Source: an uncultured Bacteroidales bacterium
GTDB taxonomy: Bacteria > Bacteroidota > Bacteroidia > Bacteroidales > WCHB1-69
Assembly (NCBI GenBank): GCA_905235135.1
Contig: CAJOKR010000039.1
Location: 3,972-67,971 of the forward strand
Length of the DNA: 64,000 bases
Direction: 5' to 3'
The notes under the pieces are model-generated. The model made no database searches and was not told where the DNA came from. It saw nothing but the letters and a program-made list of their open reading frames with translations. Shown here in pieces: positions 32,399 to 43,999 of the stretch. The translations under genes were made by a program, and so were the position numbers. Position 1 is the first letter of the stretch, and every line of letters begins with the position of its first letter.

Positions 32399-32420
32399 AT
32401 ACCATGGTAATCATCTTGTT

Positions 32421-32603
32421 ATGAAGAAAAATTTCGCCTTACGGGTAGATTCCGAAATCTTCGAGGCCATCGAAAAATGGGCCGCGGACGAATTCCGCAG
32501 CACGAACGGCCAGATCGAATGGATTCTGCATTCGGCGTTGAAGAAGGCGGGACGGCTACCAAAGAAGAAACGTTCTTCCGAAGAGGAGAGACCTGAGACT
32601 TAA
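32421..32603 (+). CDS. Arc/ribbon-helix-helix DNA-binding protein
   Basis: KNFALRVD..EKWAADEFRSTNGQIEW; usual partner of this SPFH family. Confidence 0.85.
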   Translation: MKKNFALRVDSEIFEAIEKWAADEFRSTNGQIEWILHSALKKAGRLPKKKRSSEEERPET

Positions 32604-32779
32604 GACCTGAGACTTAAGACTTGAGACTTGAGACTTGAGCCCTTAAACCCTAAACCTTAAACCCTAAACCTTAAACCCTAAACCTTAAACCCTAAACCTT
32701 AAACCCTAAACCTTAAACCCTAAACCTTAAACCCTAAACAAACCCTAAACCTTAAACCCTAAACCTTAAACCTTAAACC
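32593..32779. repeat. Heptamer microsatellites (GAGACTT-type, then about 20 units of CCTTAAA/CCCTAAA)
   Basis: Directly visible. Confidence 0.95.
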
Positions 32780-32781
32780 AT

Positions 32782-34716
32782 CTACGGCAGCAAGTCTCCC
32801 CTTCCTACATGCTCATAATACGACTGGAGCAGGGCTTTCAAATCCTGCTCCAGCTTTTTTTGTGCCGGAGAGTTCATATTCAGGATATTGCGCTGCTGGA
32901 GCGTGTCGTCGGCGGCATAGACATACAGACTGCGGTTGCCGTCGAAGTAGAGGCTCAGCGAGTCGGTCAGTGCCTGGTAGGTCTGCTGCACGCAGTTGGT
33001 CACCAACGGTTTGCGGTCGGGTTCATTGAAGACATCGCGGCCGAAAGCGAAATAGGGTTTGTCGTAACCCATCAGTCCAAGAGTGGTCGGCATGATGTCA
33101 ATCTGCTGGGTTACAGACTCATAGCGGCCCTTGACGGAGTGGTCGGGGGTGAACATGAAATAGATGATCGCCGTGTTTCCCCTCGCCGTGCGCGTCTCCT
33201 CGGCGGCGATCTGCGGCGACACGTGGTCGGCCACGAAGATGAAGAGCGTGTTCTCGTACCAGGGCATCTTGGAGGCCGTCTCGAAGAACTTGCGCAGCGA
33301 GAGGTCGGTGTAGGCCACGCAGGGCTGCACCAGCGTGTTTCCCTGCGGCATCTTGCCCGCGTACTCCTCCGGCAGGTCGTAGGGATGGTGTGAGCTCAGC
33401 GTGAACACCGACGTGAAGAACGGCGTCTGCTGACGGTTAAGTTCCTCTGCCACATACTGCAGGAACAGCATATCCCAAATGCCCCACACGTTGGCGTTCC
33501 CCTTTCCGGGGTGCAACTTCTCAAAATCCTCCCGATTGTGGAAATTCTCGATGCCGCACAGCGTTCCGAAGGCCTCAAAGCCCATCTGGTTTCGGGTGGC
33601 GCCGCAGAAAAAGTGCGTATTGTAACCCTGCCGTGCGAGAATGCGGGGCAATGCTTCCAAATCGGTCAACACATTGGGCATCAGCGCGAAAGGAGTGCGG
33701 TATGACGGGATAGAAGCATATATGGACGGCAGTGCCTCGATGGACTTCATCCCGTTGGCAAAAGCGTTCGTGAAAACCAGTCCCTCCTGCATCAGCGAAT
33801 CGAGGAAGGGGGTGTAGCCGCCGTTCGGGTTCAGGTGCGGGGCGAGATATTGCGAATGCTCCTTGCTGAAGCTTTCCAGCACGAAAATCACCACATTCTC
33901 GCCCGCAGCCACAGGCGTTTGCGTCAGGTTGGGATAGTGGTAGGGCGAGTAGAGCTCCGCTAACTTCTCCTCACTGAAATAGACCGGCGCATCCAACTGC
34001 CGCATCCCGATGGTGCGGAAGAGGCAGAACGGGTTGCTCAGCACCAACGCCGCCTTCTGGGGCGACTGCGTGTAATAGGCCGCATTACCGATGGATATGG
34101 GGAACGCCTTCTTGTCCGTCGAACCCCGGATGCCGAGAATCCACAACGGTACCGCCAACGCCAAAATCAGCGTCCCGACCCCGTAATACGACCACTTGTT
34201 CGTCAGCTCGGTGGGATGATATTTAATCCGCTTATAGACAAAAAACAGCAGGAAAATCAAAGCAGCGGCCAACAGCACTAAATACCAGTTTTCGCCCAAC
34301 GCCTTGAACAGAATGTCGAACGTATTATCATTCTCGCGGAAAAAGTGCATTTCTTCGGAAGTGATCCGTTTGAAAGCGTAACGGAAATAGACGACATCGG
34401 AGAGGTTCAGCGCCACCAGACCGAGGGAATTGGTAATCCCGTAAATCCAAAACAGCGCCTTCTGGTAGCCACTTTTTTCACGGAAGCGGAAGGGCAGCAG
34501 CGACATCAGGATGAACGGCGTGTTCAGGAAGAAGATGGAGGCGGTGGCGAATTTCAGCGATCCGGCCAGCAGCATAGGAATTTCCGACCACGTCAGCGAC
34601 CCGAGCAACATCCGGTTATAACCGTAAAAGGCGGCCTGCGTCACCAGGATGCAGCCGTAGAGCGGCAGCAGCCGCAACACCATCGTCGTCAGATCGTTTT
34701 GGAGTATCTTTTTCAT
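32782..34716 (-). CDS. LTA synthase family (sulfatase-like) membrane protein
   Basis: N-terminal TM helices, NVVIFVLES, YTPFLDSL, TLSSHHPY, FVADH, QQIDIMPT. Confidence 0.9.
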   Translation of the reverse strand: MKKILQNDLTTMVLRLLPLYGCILVTQAAFYGYNRMLLGSLTWSEIPMLLAGSLKFATASIFFLNTPFILMSLLPFRFREKSGYQKALFWIYGITNSLGLVALNLSDVVYFRYAFKRITSEEMHFFRENDNTFDILFKALGENWYLVLLAAALIFLLFFVYKRIKYHPTELTNKWSYYGVGTLILALAVPLWILGIRGSTDKKAFPISIGNAAYYTQSPQKAALVLSNPFCLFRTIGMRQLDAPVYFSEEKLAELYSPYHYPNLTQTPVAAGENVVIFVLESFSKEHSQYLAPHLNPNGGYTPFLDSLMQEGLVFTNAFANGMKSIEALPSIYASIPSYRTPFALMPNVLTDLEALPRILARQGYNTHFFCGATRNQMGFEAFGTLCGIENFHNREDFEKLHPGKGNANVWGIWDMLFLQYVAEELNRQQTPFFTSVFTLSSHHPYDLPEEYAGKMPQGNTLVQPCVAYTDLSLRKFFETASKMPWYENTLFIFVADHVSPQIAAEETRTARGNTAIIYFMFTPDHSVKGRYESVTQQIDIMPTTLGLMGYDKPYFAFGRDVFNEPDRKPLVTNCVQQTYQALTDSLSLYFDGNRSLYVYAADDTLQQRNILNMNSPAQKKLEQDLKALLQSYYEHVGRGDLLP

Positions 34717-34718
34717 TA

Positions 34719-34834
34719 CCTTAATCCTTAAACTCTAAACTCTAAACCCTAAACCTTAAACCCTAAACCTTAAACCTTAAACTCTAAACCTTAAACCTTA
34801 AACCTTAAACCTTAAACCTAAAACCTTAAACCTA
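34719..34834. repeat. Heptamer microsatellite CCTTAAA/CCCTAAA/CTCTAAA
   Basis: Directly visible; same orientation as the 32640-32779 tract. Confidence 0.95.
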
Positions 34835-34900
34835 AAAAAAGCGGGCAAAAATATACAATTTTTCTGTATTTTTGCCGCATTCAAAATCTATCAGCGGATT

Positions 34901-35771
34901 ATGTCCAAAAAACGGATACTCTTCATCGTCAACCCCATTTCCGGACAAGCGGCGGTTCGGGGAGGAAGCGGCTGCCGTTCTGAGCGGCGGGGACATCCAG
35001 TATGAAATCGTCTTCACGGAACGTGCCGGACATGCCACCGAATTGGCGACAGCAGCTGTAGGCAACTACGACATTGTAGCGGCTGCAGGCGGCGACGGCA
35101 CCCTCAACGAAGTGGCTCGGGGGCTTCTCCACAGCGACACCGCCATGGCCGTAATCCCCTGCGGTTCCGGTAACGGACTGGCCCGATGCCTGCATCTCCC
35201 GCTGAAGACTTCCGAAGCAATCCAACTTCTAAGGCAAGGTAAGATAGAGCGCATTGACACGGCCACGGTCAACGGGAAACTCTTCCTGAGTGTTGCCGGC
35301 ATCGGTCTCGACGCGCAAACCGCCGACGATTTCGCCCGGGATCCGCGCCGCGGGTTCATCCCTTACGCCCACTACGCCACTAACAACTACTTCCATCTCA
35401 AGCCGGAAACGGACCGTATCACCTTCGACGGAAGTAAAACGCTGACCTGCAGTCCGATGCTCGTCACATTCGCAAACTCCAACCAATACGGCTACAACGC
35501 GGTCATCGCGCCACACGCCTCGCTCCAGGACGGGCTGCTCGACACCTGCATCCTCAGCCGCCCGCCCCTGCCCGTCATTCCCGCCTTCGTGGGTATGCTG
35601 ATGCACGGGCACCTCGACCGATCCCGCTATCTCACGGAAATACAGTCGGCACACATCACCGTGGAACGACCCTCCGCCGGTGTGGTGAACATCGACGGGG
35701 AACCGGTCATGATGGACGCGCTTCTCGACGTCCGTATCTTGCCGCAAAGCCTAAAGGTAGTGATACCGTAA
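34901..35771 (+). CDS. Diacylglycerol kinase / YegS-like lipid kinase, frameshift near 34945
   Basis: MSKKRILFIVNPISG in one frame, then TERAGHA, GGDGTLNE, IPCGSGNGLAR, DGLLD, IDGE in another. Confidence 0.88.
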
Positions 35772-35806
35772 TGTGTGGAGACGCAAAATTTTGCGTCTCT
35801 ACCACG

Positions 35807-36589
35807 TCAAAACTGTCTCAAGCCTTTCTCATCAAACGGATCAAGGGAGAAAATGTCGTCACTACTGACTCGGATAACCAGCAATCCCTCTTTGTGGGCG
35901 AGTTCGGCGACCTCTCTTTCATAGTTGACGGCGGCGACGGCAGCGACAACCCTTTTGTCGGCCAACTCGGGGAAAAGTTTCCGGAAAAGGCCCATCTGAT
36001 GCAGAAACCTGTACAATTCTTCCTTGGTGAAGTTCGTCTTGACCTCGATAGGGACGGCCATTGTCTCGTTGCTGAGCAGGACATCCACCTCCATCGCAAT
36101 ATTCTCGGCTTTGAGCTTTCTTTTTAGGTTTTTACCACTATTATGCAGTTCGAGACCAGCCTCTTTGAAAATCTTCTCCACAGAAGAACTCACCAGACCT
36201 TCCACGATATGGCCTGTGGTGCCGCTTAGTTGGCGGGAAAGTTTTTTTACCTCCATAGAGGTCTCTTTAATCTGCTTGTCCGTCTCCTTAATTTGCTTGT
36301 CCGTCTCCTTAATCATTTCTTTCAGTTCCCGACTGCTCTGCTCGGAAGCTTCTGAGATTTGTGCGATTTCATCTAACGTCTTTCTCATGTTTTTCGTCCA
36401 GCGTTCGCACTCTATGCGGGATCTCTCAGCCCATTCGTCGCATTCGCTGATTTTCCGGGATTGTTCGGCGTTTTCCATAAGCATTCTGCTAATTGTCATT
36501 TCATGCTTGTCGATTCTTTCGGAGTTTTTCTGGACCATCTGCCTCAGTTGCGGCAGCTCGGGCTCCATTAGCGTAATTTCTTTGTCCAT
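35807..36589 (-). CDS. Coiled-coil + PD-(D/E)XK-like protein (DUF3782-like)
   Basis: IKETDKQ 21-bp tandem repeats; G..VE, EVDVLL..IEVK. Confidence 0.75.
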   Translation of the reverse strand: MDKEITLMEPELPQLRQMVQKNSERIDKHEMTISRMLMENAEQSRKISECDEWAERSRIECERWTKNMRKTLDEIAQISEASEQSSRELKEMIKETDKQIKETDKQIKETSMEVKKLSRQLSGTTGHIVEGLVSSSVEKIFKEAGLELHNSGKNLKRKLKAENIAMEVDVLLSNETMAVPIEVKTNFTKEELYRFLHQMGLFRKLFPELADKRVVAAVAAVNYEREVAELAHKEGLLVIRVSSDDIFSLDPFDEKGLRQF

Positions 36590-36856
36590 GATTACAAATT
36601 TAAATGAGTACTTAAATTAACGCCGCAAAGATATACTTTTTATTAATACAATCCGCCGTGTTGTTAATATTTTTTTGAATGTTGATTTTTTTGCAATTAA
36701 CTGAATGTTTTTGGCAAAAAACGCACTGTTTCCTGCTTCTTGCCCGTTTTGGGAGGAAATGTTTTTGACAACCCTCGAAGGCTGGAGGATGCAAAAACGA
36801 AGGGCGCAGCACCTCAGCCACACCCCTCTTTTCAACTTTCAAGTTTCAAGTCTATT

Positions 36857-38388
36857 CTATTCCGAATCGCGGAGACGGCGAGCGAAATAACCGAAGAACT
36901 TGGTGTCGTCGGAGAACGTCTGATTCTCAGACACCGGCTCATCCCGCAGACAGCGGACCGAACGGCCGTATTTCAGAGCGTCGTAAGCAAGGGCTACCAC
37001 ATCGTACGTGACCATTCCAAGACGGAAGAAATATCCCGTGGAATCTGAACCCGGTTGAGTTGAAGAAGACCAGAAATGCGCATCCTTACCTGGATCAAAT
37101 TCGCGTCCACCCAAACCCGTAACGGTATCTATATTACCTCCGAGATTGTCGTACCACGCTCCAGCAGGAACGGCGGAGAAATAGGAGGCATCGTTGAGAT
37201 AGTCCGAACCCTGATATTGCGGGCTGCAGGGTCTGGCAACGGCATCATTATTAATGGTATATGTTATGGGGGGCGTTTCAACATTAAACCAGTAATTCCG
37301 GGAAGCCACCGCTTTGGCCAAATTCGAATTGTCGTTGTCGCACCAATATTCGGGATGCGCTTACTGATGAGATCTTTCCAATCGTTGGTGTCCGGCACAT
37401 GCCAGCCCGTGGGACAGAGATTGTTACCAACGGTGGCATATCCGTTGTAGTAGAAACCAAAGATGGAGTCCGGGGCAGTGGTCTGTTTAACGATGTCACT
37501 GTTTTTATCGGTTTCACTCAACCGATAGTAAGCGGGGACCGTTGTTCCAATCTGATTAGAAATAGCACTGCCGTTACGATATTTCGTGGTGCGCAGGTTG
37601 GTCTTGGTCCAGCACTGCTCGCCTATTTGCACAGTCTCGTAGTGGTTGTCGTCAGCATCCTTTATCTTGGAGGTGCCGCAGACGAAAGTTTCGGGTTGGG
37701 GTTCGGGCCCGGGTTGTGGTTCGGGTTGAGGTTCCGGCTCGGGCGTAGGATTATCAACCTCTTTCACACAGCGCACACTCGCGCAGATGTTTACGGTGTT
37801 ATCCAAATGGATGAAATCATTACAATGACACGGCATCTCAAAAATGGTAAGTACCGGTGTGCCGTTCACAATTTCCACAGCCCACAGATACCCGCCGGAG
37901 AGCAGGTCCTCGAAACGGCTTGTCATGCCGTTGTAGATTCCCGAAGCGTTCCAGGAAAAGCCCGTGCTATTGTTGCCTACAACGTTGACCCAGCCCGTGA
38001 CAGAGCGCAAATCATCTGCAGTATAGTTGGCCCTCAGCTGCTCAAAATAGGCCACAGTAGGCAGATACCAGCCGTCGGGACAGATGCCCTGCATACGGCC
38101 GTCAGCATCCATACTGCCATCCTGCATGACGGCAGCCGCATCGTAAAGGCGCCCGTACGCAGCCACGTTTTCAGCCACATCAGGATGCTGCATGCTCTCG
38201 TACGCATACACGTTGCCCAAGACCACGCACGATTCCGTAGCCAGATTCTTACTCATCCAACAGACATTGCCAAGACGCACAGTCGGATACTTGAGGTTGT
38301 CGCAATCGATAACCGTATCGCATTCCGTAACCGTAACATTTTGAGACTGCGCATGGACCGCGGTGGTCAAACAGAATGCAAACAGCAT
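36857..38388 (-). CDS. Tandem FISUMP-domain secreted protein, frameshift near 37365
   Basis: Two CWxxxNL / CPxGW / SVRC units joined by a PEPQP linker; continues as YWCDNDNSNLAKAVAS; start uncertain. Confidence 0.75.
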
Positions 38389-38692
38389 TAAACAGAACGT
38401 TTTTCTCTTTTCAGAAATAAATATTCTCTTATAGGTTAATGGTGTTAAAAAAAGCGCGCGAAAGTACAAAAAAGACGAATTGGCAGGCGGCTTTTTTTCA
38501 CTTTTTATTAACCGCGACAAGTCCCCGTAATCTATTCATCATTCTGTGATTTGCCGCGTCACATCGCGCAGGAACTTTTTGGTATTGTAGGAAATAACAT
38601 AATTATTCGACCCTACGTATTGTGTAAAGAAAAAATGTACTTTTGCGGCTTTACTTTTGTCACATCTTATAAACCAACAAAGTTGTATTATC

Positions 38693-40132
38693 ATGAGTAA
38701 AAAAGTTTTACTTGCGACTATTCTTGTGATGACAATGTCTCTTTGGCAGGGCGTGAAGGCCCAGGATTCAGTCTTCAGCTATGCTTATCAGGGCAACACG
38801 CTGTACTACATCATCGACTCGACCGGCAACGCCGTGGTGGTTCCGCCGCTGTGGCCGGATTACGACGAGACGAACGATGCCACCTGGACCGGCTACACCG
38901 AGCCGTCGGGAGCCGTGGTGGTGCCCGACTCGGTGCCTTTCGGCGGCACGATGCACGCCGTCACTGAGGTAGGCCACGACGCCGTCTACAATTGCGAGTT
39001 GGTAACCTCCATCACATTGCCCTCCTCCGTCACCGCTTTCGGCGAGTACGCCTTCGGCAAGTGCTTCAGCCTGACCTCATTCACTGTCCCAGAGGGTGCC
39101 ACCGAATTGTCTAGCCGGTGTTTCTGGAACGACCCGCAGCTCGCGTCGGTCACTTTCCCCTTGAGCCTTGAGCAAATCAACTACAGGGCTTTCTACCATT
39201 GCAATAGCCTCCAGTCCATATTCCTTCCTGATGGTTTGACAACCATTGGCAACCAAGCTTTCTTCGAATGTACGGGACTCCAGTCTGTGTCATTCCCTAA
39301 TGGTCTGACAACTCTTGGCACTGCCGCTTTTTATGGATGTAGCAATCTTCAGTCTGTTGACGTTCCTGGCAGCGTAAGCGTTATCGACGAGTGGTGCTTT
39401 AACCAATGCAGCAATCTCGCCTCTGTCACCCTGCACGAGGGCACGGAAACCATCGGATCTTGTGCCTTCAGAGAATGCACAAGCCTTACCACCATCAACT
39501 ACCCCTCAACGCTGAAGGAAATAGGCGATTATTCATTCCAGTTCGACAGTCTGCTCGCCATCCCCCTCATTCTCCCGGAGAGCCTCACCTATTTGGGCGT
39601 TGTTGCATACGGAGATTGCCATAGCATTGTCACGGCGAGTCTGCCTGGATCGATAGGAGAAGTTCCTGGTGAGTTGTTTTATGGCTGCAGATCCCTTTCG
39701 ACGGTCACCCTCGGGGATGGTATTTGGTCTATCGGTGAGCAAGCCTTCAATCATTGCCCGAATATTGATACCCTCTTTGTGAAGAGTGCATATCCTCCGG
39801 GTGTGGGGCCTCTCACAGACAGCACCTTCTTCACGTATAATTCCATCGTTGTCGTTCCCTGTGGTACCAGAAATGTGTATATCGCTGATCCAATTTGGAG
39901 TGAGTTCGCGGAAATCATTGAGGACTGTGGCGCAGGCATCCATGAGGAGGATTTTCCCGAAGTCAAGATTCGTGTCGAAAACAGCTGCATTGTAGTTGAC
40001 GGTGCCGAAGGTGAAACCGTCAGCATTTTCGATGTCAACGGCAGAAGCGTCCGCAACAGCGATTTGCCTTCCGGCGTCTATATCGTCATCGTCGGTAACC
40101 GTCCGGCAGAGAAAGTCGTGGTGATACGTTAA
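38693..40132 (+). CDS. BspA-like leucine-rich-repeat surface protein with T9SS-type C-terminal domain
   Basis: Repeats LxSVxxPxxLTTIGxxAFxxC; C-terminus IFDVNGR..SGVYIV..KVVV. Confidence 0.88.
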   Translation: MSKKVLLATILVMTMSLWQGVKAQDSVFSYAYQGNTLYYIIDSTGNAVVVPPLWPDYDETNDATWTGYTEPSGAVVVPDSVPFGGTMHAVTEVGHDAVYNCELVTSITLPSSVTAFGEYAFGKCFSLTSFTVPEGATELSSRCFWNDPQLASVTFPLSLEQINYRAFYHCNSLQSIFLPDGLTTIGNQAFFECTGLQSVSFPNGLTTLGTAAFYGCSNLQSVDVPGSVSVIDEWCFNQCSNLASVTLHEGTETIGSCAFRECTSLTTINYPSTLKEIGDYSFQFDSLLAIPLILPESLTYLGVVAYGDCHSIVTASLPGSIGEVPGELFYGCRSLSTVTLGDGIWSIGEQAFNHCPNIDTLFVKSAYPPGVGPLTDSTFFTYNSIVVVPCGTRNVYIADPIWSEFAEIIEDCGAGIHEEDFPEVKIRVENSCIVVDGAEGETVSIFDVNGRSVRNSDLPSGVYIVIVGNRPAEKVVVIR

Positions 40133-40237
40133 TGTTTATGTAGAGCCGCCATATTATGACGGCTCTACGGTGTGTGACATACATAAAAAAAACATATCTT
40201 TGCAACCTCGAAAAAATTTTACCAAACCCCATAAAAT

Positions 40238-41854
40238 ATGAAAGATTTAAGAGCAGAATTGCAAGCCCTGGGTGTGGAAAACCCCGTTGAGATTTACCAC
40301 AATCTGTCGTACGACGAACTCTACAAACACGAGACCAACCCCGCACTGACGGGCTATGAGAAGGCCTACCAGACCAAGTCGGGCGCCCTTTCGGTCGATA
40401 CCGGTATCTTCACCGGCCGCTCGCCAAAAGACAAATACATTGTGAAAGACGAGAACACGAAGGACAACGTGTGGTGGTTCGACCCCAACAAGAAGGGTTC
40501 CGACAACAAGCCCATCGACCACAAGACCTGGGAGCACTTCCGCAAGCTTTGCCAGAAGCAGCTTTCCGGCAAGAAGGTCTATGTGATGGACGGCTACTGC
40601 GGCGCCAACGAGAACTCCCGCATGAAGGTGCGCTTCGTGTCGGAGGTGGCTTGGCAGGCCCACTTCGTGAAGAACATGTTCATCCGTCCCTCTGAGGAGG
40701 AACTCGCCGATTTCGAGCCCGACTTCGTGGTGCTGAACGCCGGCAAGACCACCAACCCCGACTGGAAAGAGATGGGGCTGAACAGCGAGGTCTTCGTGGC
40801 CTTCAACCTGACGGAGCGCATGGCCCTCATCGGCGGCACCTGGTACGGCGGCGAGATGAAGAAGGGCATCTTCTCCGTGATGAACTACTTCCTGCCGTTG
40901 CGCGGAATGGCTGCCATGCACTGCTCGGCCAACGAAGGCAAGAACGGCGACACCGCCATCTTCTTCGGCCTCTCCGGCACCGGCAAGACGACCCTCTCCA
41001 CCGACCCGAACCGCGCCCTCATCGGCGACGACGAGCACGGCTACAACGGCGTCTTCAACTTCGAGGGCGGTTGCTATGCCAAGTGCATCAACCTCAGCGA
41101 GGAGAAAGAGCCCGACATCTTCCACGCCATCCGTCGCGATGCGCTGTTGGAAAACCTCGTGGTGGATGCGGAAGGCAATATCGACTTCAACTCCGCCGAG
41201 AAGACCGAGAACACCCGTGTCTCCTACCCGATTTACCACATCGACAACATCGTGCGTCCGGTTTCCCGCGGCACCCATCCCAGCAAGATCATCTTCCTCT
41301 CCGCCGACGCTTTCGGCGTGCTGCCGCCGGTCTCCATCCTCAACAAGGAGCAGACCATGTACTACTACCTGAGCGGCTACACCGCCAAGTTGGCCGGCAC
41401 CGAGCGCGGCATCGTGACCCCGCAGCCGACCTTCTCCTCCTGCTTCGGCGCAGCCTTCCTGTTGCTGCATCCCACGAAATACGCTGAGGAACTGGCCAAG
41501 AAGCTCGAAGAGCACAACGCCACGGCCTACTTGGTGAACACTGGCTGGGCTGGCGGCGGCTACGGCGTCGGCGAGCGCATCTCCCTGAAGGCCACCCGCG
41601 CCATCATCACGGCCATCCTCAACGACGAGCTCAAGAGCTGCGAAACCGAAATCGTGAAGCCTTTCAACTTGGTGATTCCGAAACACGTCACCGGCGTCGA
41701 TGACAACATCCTGAATCCCGAGAACAGCTGGGCAGACAAGGCCGCCTTCAAGAAGAACGCCGACGAGTTGGCCGCAGCCTTCATCAAGAACTTCGCCAAC
41801 TTCAGCGACACTGAGGAGGGCAAGGCACTGATCCCGTTCGGCCCGCAGATTTAA
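40238..41854 (+). CDS. pckA: Phosphoenolpyruvate carboxykinase (ATP)
   Basis: [51 protein letters not shown]. Confidence 0.97.
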   Translation: MKDLRAELQALGVENPVEIYHNLSYDELYKHETNPALTGYEKAYQTKSGALSVDTGIFTGRSPKDKYIVKDENTKDNVWWFDPNKKGSDNKPIDHKTWEHFRKLCQKQLSGKKVYVMDGYCGANENSRMKVRFVSEVAWQAHFVKNMFIRPSEEELADFEPDFVVLNAGKTTNPDWKEMGLNSEVFVAFNLTERMALIGGTWYGGEMKKGIFSVMNYFLPLRGMAAMHCSANEGKNGDTAIFFGLSGTGKTTLSTDPNRALIGDDEHGYNGVFNFEGGCYAKCINLSEEKEPDIFHAIRRDALLENLVVDAEGNIDFNSAEKTENTRVSYPIYHIDNIVRPVSRGTHPSKIIFLSADAFGVLPPVSILNKEQTMYYYLSGYTAKLAGTERGIVTPQPTFSSCFGAAFLLLHPTKYAEELAKKLEEHNATAYLVNTGWAGGGYGVGERISLKATRAIITAILNDELKSCETEIVKPFNLVIPKHVTGVDDNILNPENSWADKAAFKKNADELAAAFIKNFANFSDTEEGKALIPFGPQI

Positions 41855-42009
41855 TGGTTATTGGTTATAGGTTATTGAAGCCTTATAATCAGATTTAAAT
41901 TAAAAATTATTCATTAAGCAGCCTCGAAGAGGCAAAACGCACGAAGTGCAATTAACCCCACATAAGCGACGAAGGAGCGCAATGTGGGGGTTCACCAAAA
42001 GAAAAGATT

Positions 42010-42768
42010 ATGAAGCTATTACTGATAAGCAATTCAACCAACTACAAAGAGCCCTACCTGGGCTGGTGCCAGCCGCTGATCGCAGAATTCCTGCAGGGTA
42101 CGGCTGACGAAATCCTGTTCGTGCCGTACGCCGGCGTGGACGTGGGTGGCAAGGTCTATCCCGAAAGCTACGACAGCTACACGGCTCGCGTGCGTGGCGT
42201 GTTCGAGAAATTCGGCAAGAAGGTGGCCTCCGTTCACGAGGTCAGCGACCCCGTGGCGGCGGTCAACGATGCCAAATTCATCATGGTGGGCGGCGGCAAC
42301 ACCTTTCACTTGGTGGCCGAGCTGCACCGCAACAAACTCATCAAGCCCATCCGCCGCAAGGTGATGGAAGGCACGCCCTACATGGGCTGGAGCGCGGGCT
42401 CCAACGTGGCCTGCCCGACGCTCTGCACCACCAACGACATGCCCATCGTGATGCCCGAGAGCTTCGACTGCCTCGACCTGGTGCCGTTCCAGATTAACCC
42501 GCACTACATCGACCCCTATCCGGAGGAGATCAACGACCGCATCCGTCACGGCGGCGAGACCCGTCAGGTGCGCCTGAACGAGTACTTGGCCGTAAACAAG
42601 GAGAAGACCGTCGTGGGGTTGCGTGAAGGCACCGCCCTGTGGGTCGATCACGAGCGCATCACCCTGAAGGGCACGCGCAACATGATCGTGCTTCGTCACG
42701 GCAAGGAGCCCGAGGAGGTCGTCCCCGGCACCGTATTTGAATACGATATCACCCCGTGCTTAGCATAA
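42010..42768 (+). CDS. pepE: Dipeptidase E
   Basis: LLLISNST, FVPYAG, VGGGNTF, GWSAGSN, TTNDMPI, FQINPHY, GETR. Confidence 0.95.
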   Translation: MKLLLISNSTNYKEPYLGWCQPLIAEFLQGTADEILFVPYAGVDVGGKVYPESYDSYTARVRGVFEKFGKKVASVHEVSDPVAAVNDAKFIMVGGGNTFHLVAELHRNKLIKPIRRKVMEGTPYMGWSAGSNVACPTLCTTNDMPIVMPESFDCLDLVPFQINPHYIDPYPEEINDRIRHGGETRQVRLNEYLAVNKEKTVVGLREGTALWVDHERITLKGTRNMIVLRHGKEPEEVVPGTVFEYDITPCLA

Positions 42769-42938
42769 AGCAGGGGAATTTGTTCACCGAAAACACTGTA
42801 GAGACGTGCCATGGCGCGTCTCTACGTGTTTTATCATGCAATGGCGGCGGCAAGGGTATGGAGCAAACTGCGTCCCGCAGTTTGGGAAGACAACGGTAAT
42901 CGCCCATCTTTTTCCCCTTTAATTAACTTCTAAACAAC

Positions 42939-42990
42939 ATGTCAAAGAACGTCCGAAACCGTTCGCGAACTGATTTCGACGGCAAAGATA
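42939..42990 (-). promoter_or_regulatory. Bacteroidetes -7 promoter followed by a hairpin and boxA-like GTTCTTTGACAT
   Basis: Minus strand: tatctttg (42983-42990), stem cgtcgaaa..tttcggacg, gttctttgacat (42939-42950). Confidence 0.5.
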
Positions 42991-43142
42991 CAATGGTGGG
43001 AAAGGTGTAGGGTTTGTTGATGAGTATCACGAACCCATCACGCAATCCACACATTGAGTATCAGGCAGTTAGAAATGTAAAAAGATGAACATCGAAGAAA
43101 AAGACGCCTGTTCGAAGCCACCAGCCCCCATGTTCCCAAGAT

Positions 43143-43999
43143 TCAACGTCCTATCTTCCCCATTATCTCCTCCGCCCCTACTTCCATCCTGCTGAACGCA
43201 AACAGCTTTTTGCCGAGGTCTTTGAGTGATGCGCCGAGGTGATAGACTGTGTCGTCGATAATGAGAAAGCGGTCGTGGTAGCGGTCGCATTCACGCACAA
43301 TCACAGGCGGGTATTGACGGTTGTGGCGTTCGAGGTCGAGGTTCAGCGTTTCCGTGACCTTTCGGGTGACAATCTCCGCTGAAACATCCTCTCCCCGTTT
43401 CGACAGCAACAGCAGCACAGATTCGTCGATGTAATTGTCAATGAGGATGATGCGCACACGAGCCGAGCGAATCAAGTCGGAGGCGAAAGCGTAGGCGTCG
43501 AAGATCTGGCCGTCGAAGAATACACCCTCTTTTGGTGGTAGTGCTGTTCGGACGAAGAGGCCGATTTGTTCCTCAGTTTTGCTGACACGCTGTTCCAATC
43601 TCTCAATCCGCTGGTTGACTGCGTAACCGCGAAGGAGGTATTCTTTCAGCACAGCGTTCGCCCACTGGCGGAACAGGATGCCTTTTTGTGATTTAACTCG
43701 GTATCCAACAGAGAGAATCATATCTAAATTAAAGTATTCGATATCTCTATTCACTAGACGATCCCCTTCTTGCTGAACTGTCGCAAATTTTGCGACAGTT
43801 GATAATCCTCGTAACTCTTGGCTTAGGCGTTGTTTATATGTTTGCCAATTGTCTTGATGTCTCTATCGAACAACGTGGCCATTTGCTGTCGATTCAACCA
43901 CACGGTCTCCTCCTCCATCCGCACCTCCAGCCGGATGCTGTTGTCGGGTTGGTAGAGGATGATTTCACCGTTTTGTCGTAAGTCTATATTCTGTTCCAT
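43143..43999 (-). CDS. RhuM-family protein with C-terminal PLD-like (HDR) domain, 1-nt frameshift at about 43825
   Basis: GEIILYQ..ETVWLN..MA.LF, NLDMILSVGYRVKS..FRQWA; IDNYID..HDRFLIID..GASLKDLG. Confidence 0.85.

Noticed and set aside
32640-32779. CCCTAAA matches the plant telomere repeat, suggesting eukaryotic contamination or a chromosome end
   Set aside because: It alternates with CCTTAAA, is internal, is flanked by Bacteroidales genes and is one of several heptamer tract types in the window.
14421-41686. Long antisense ORFs (e.g. 14421-15761, 20576-21721, 28705-29916, 40247-41686)
   Set aside because: Shadow frames of GC-rich real genes, without recognisable motifs.
42838-42910. Possible tRNA / integration site after pepE
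   Set aside because: No T-loop GTTCRA, cloverleaf or CCA end; no integrase and no att duplication recognised.
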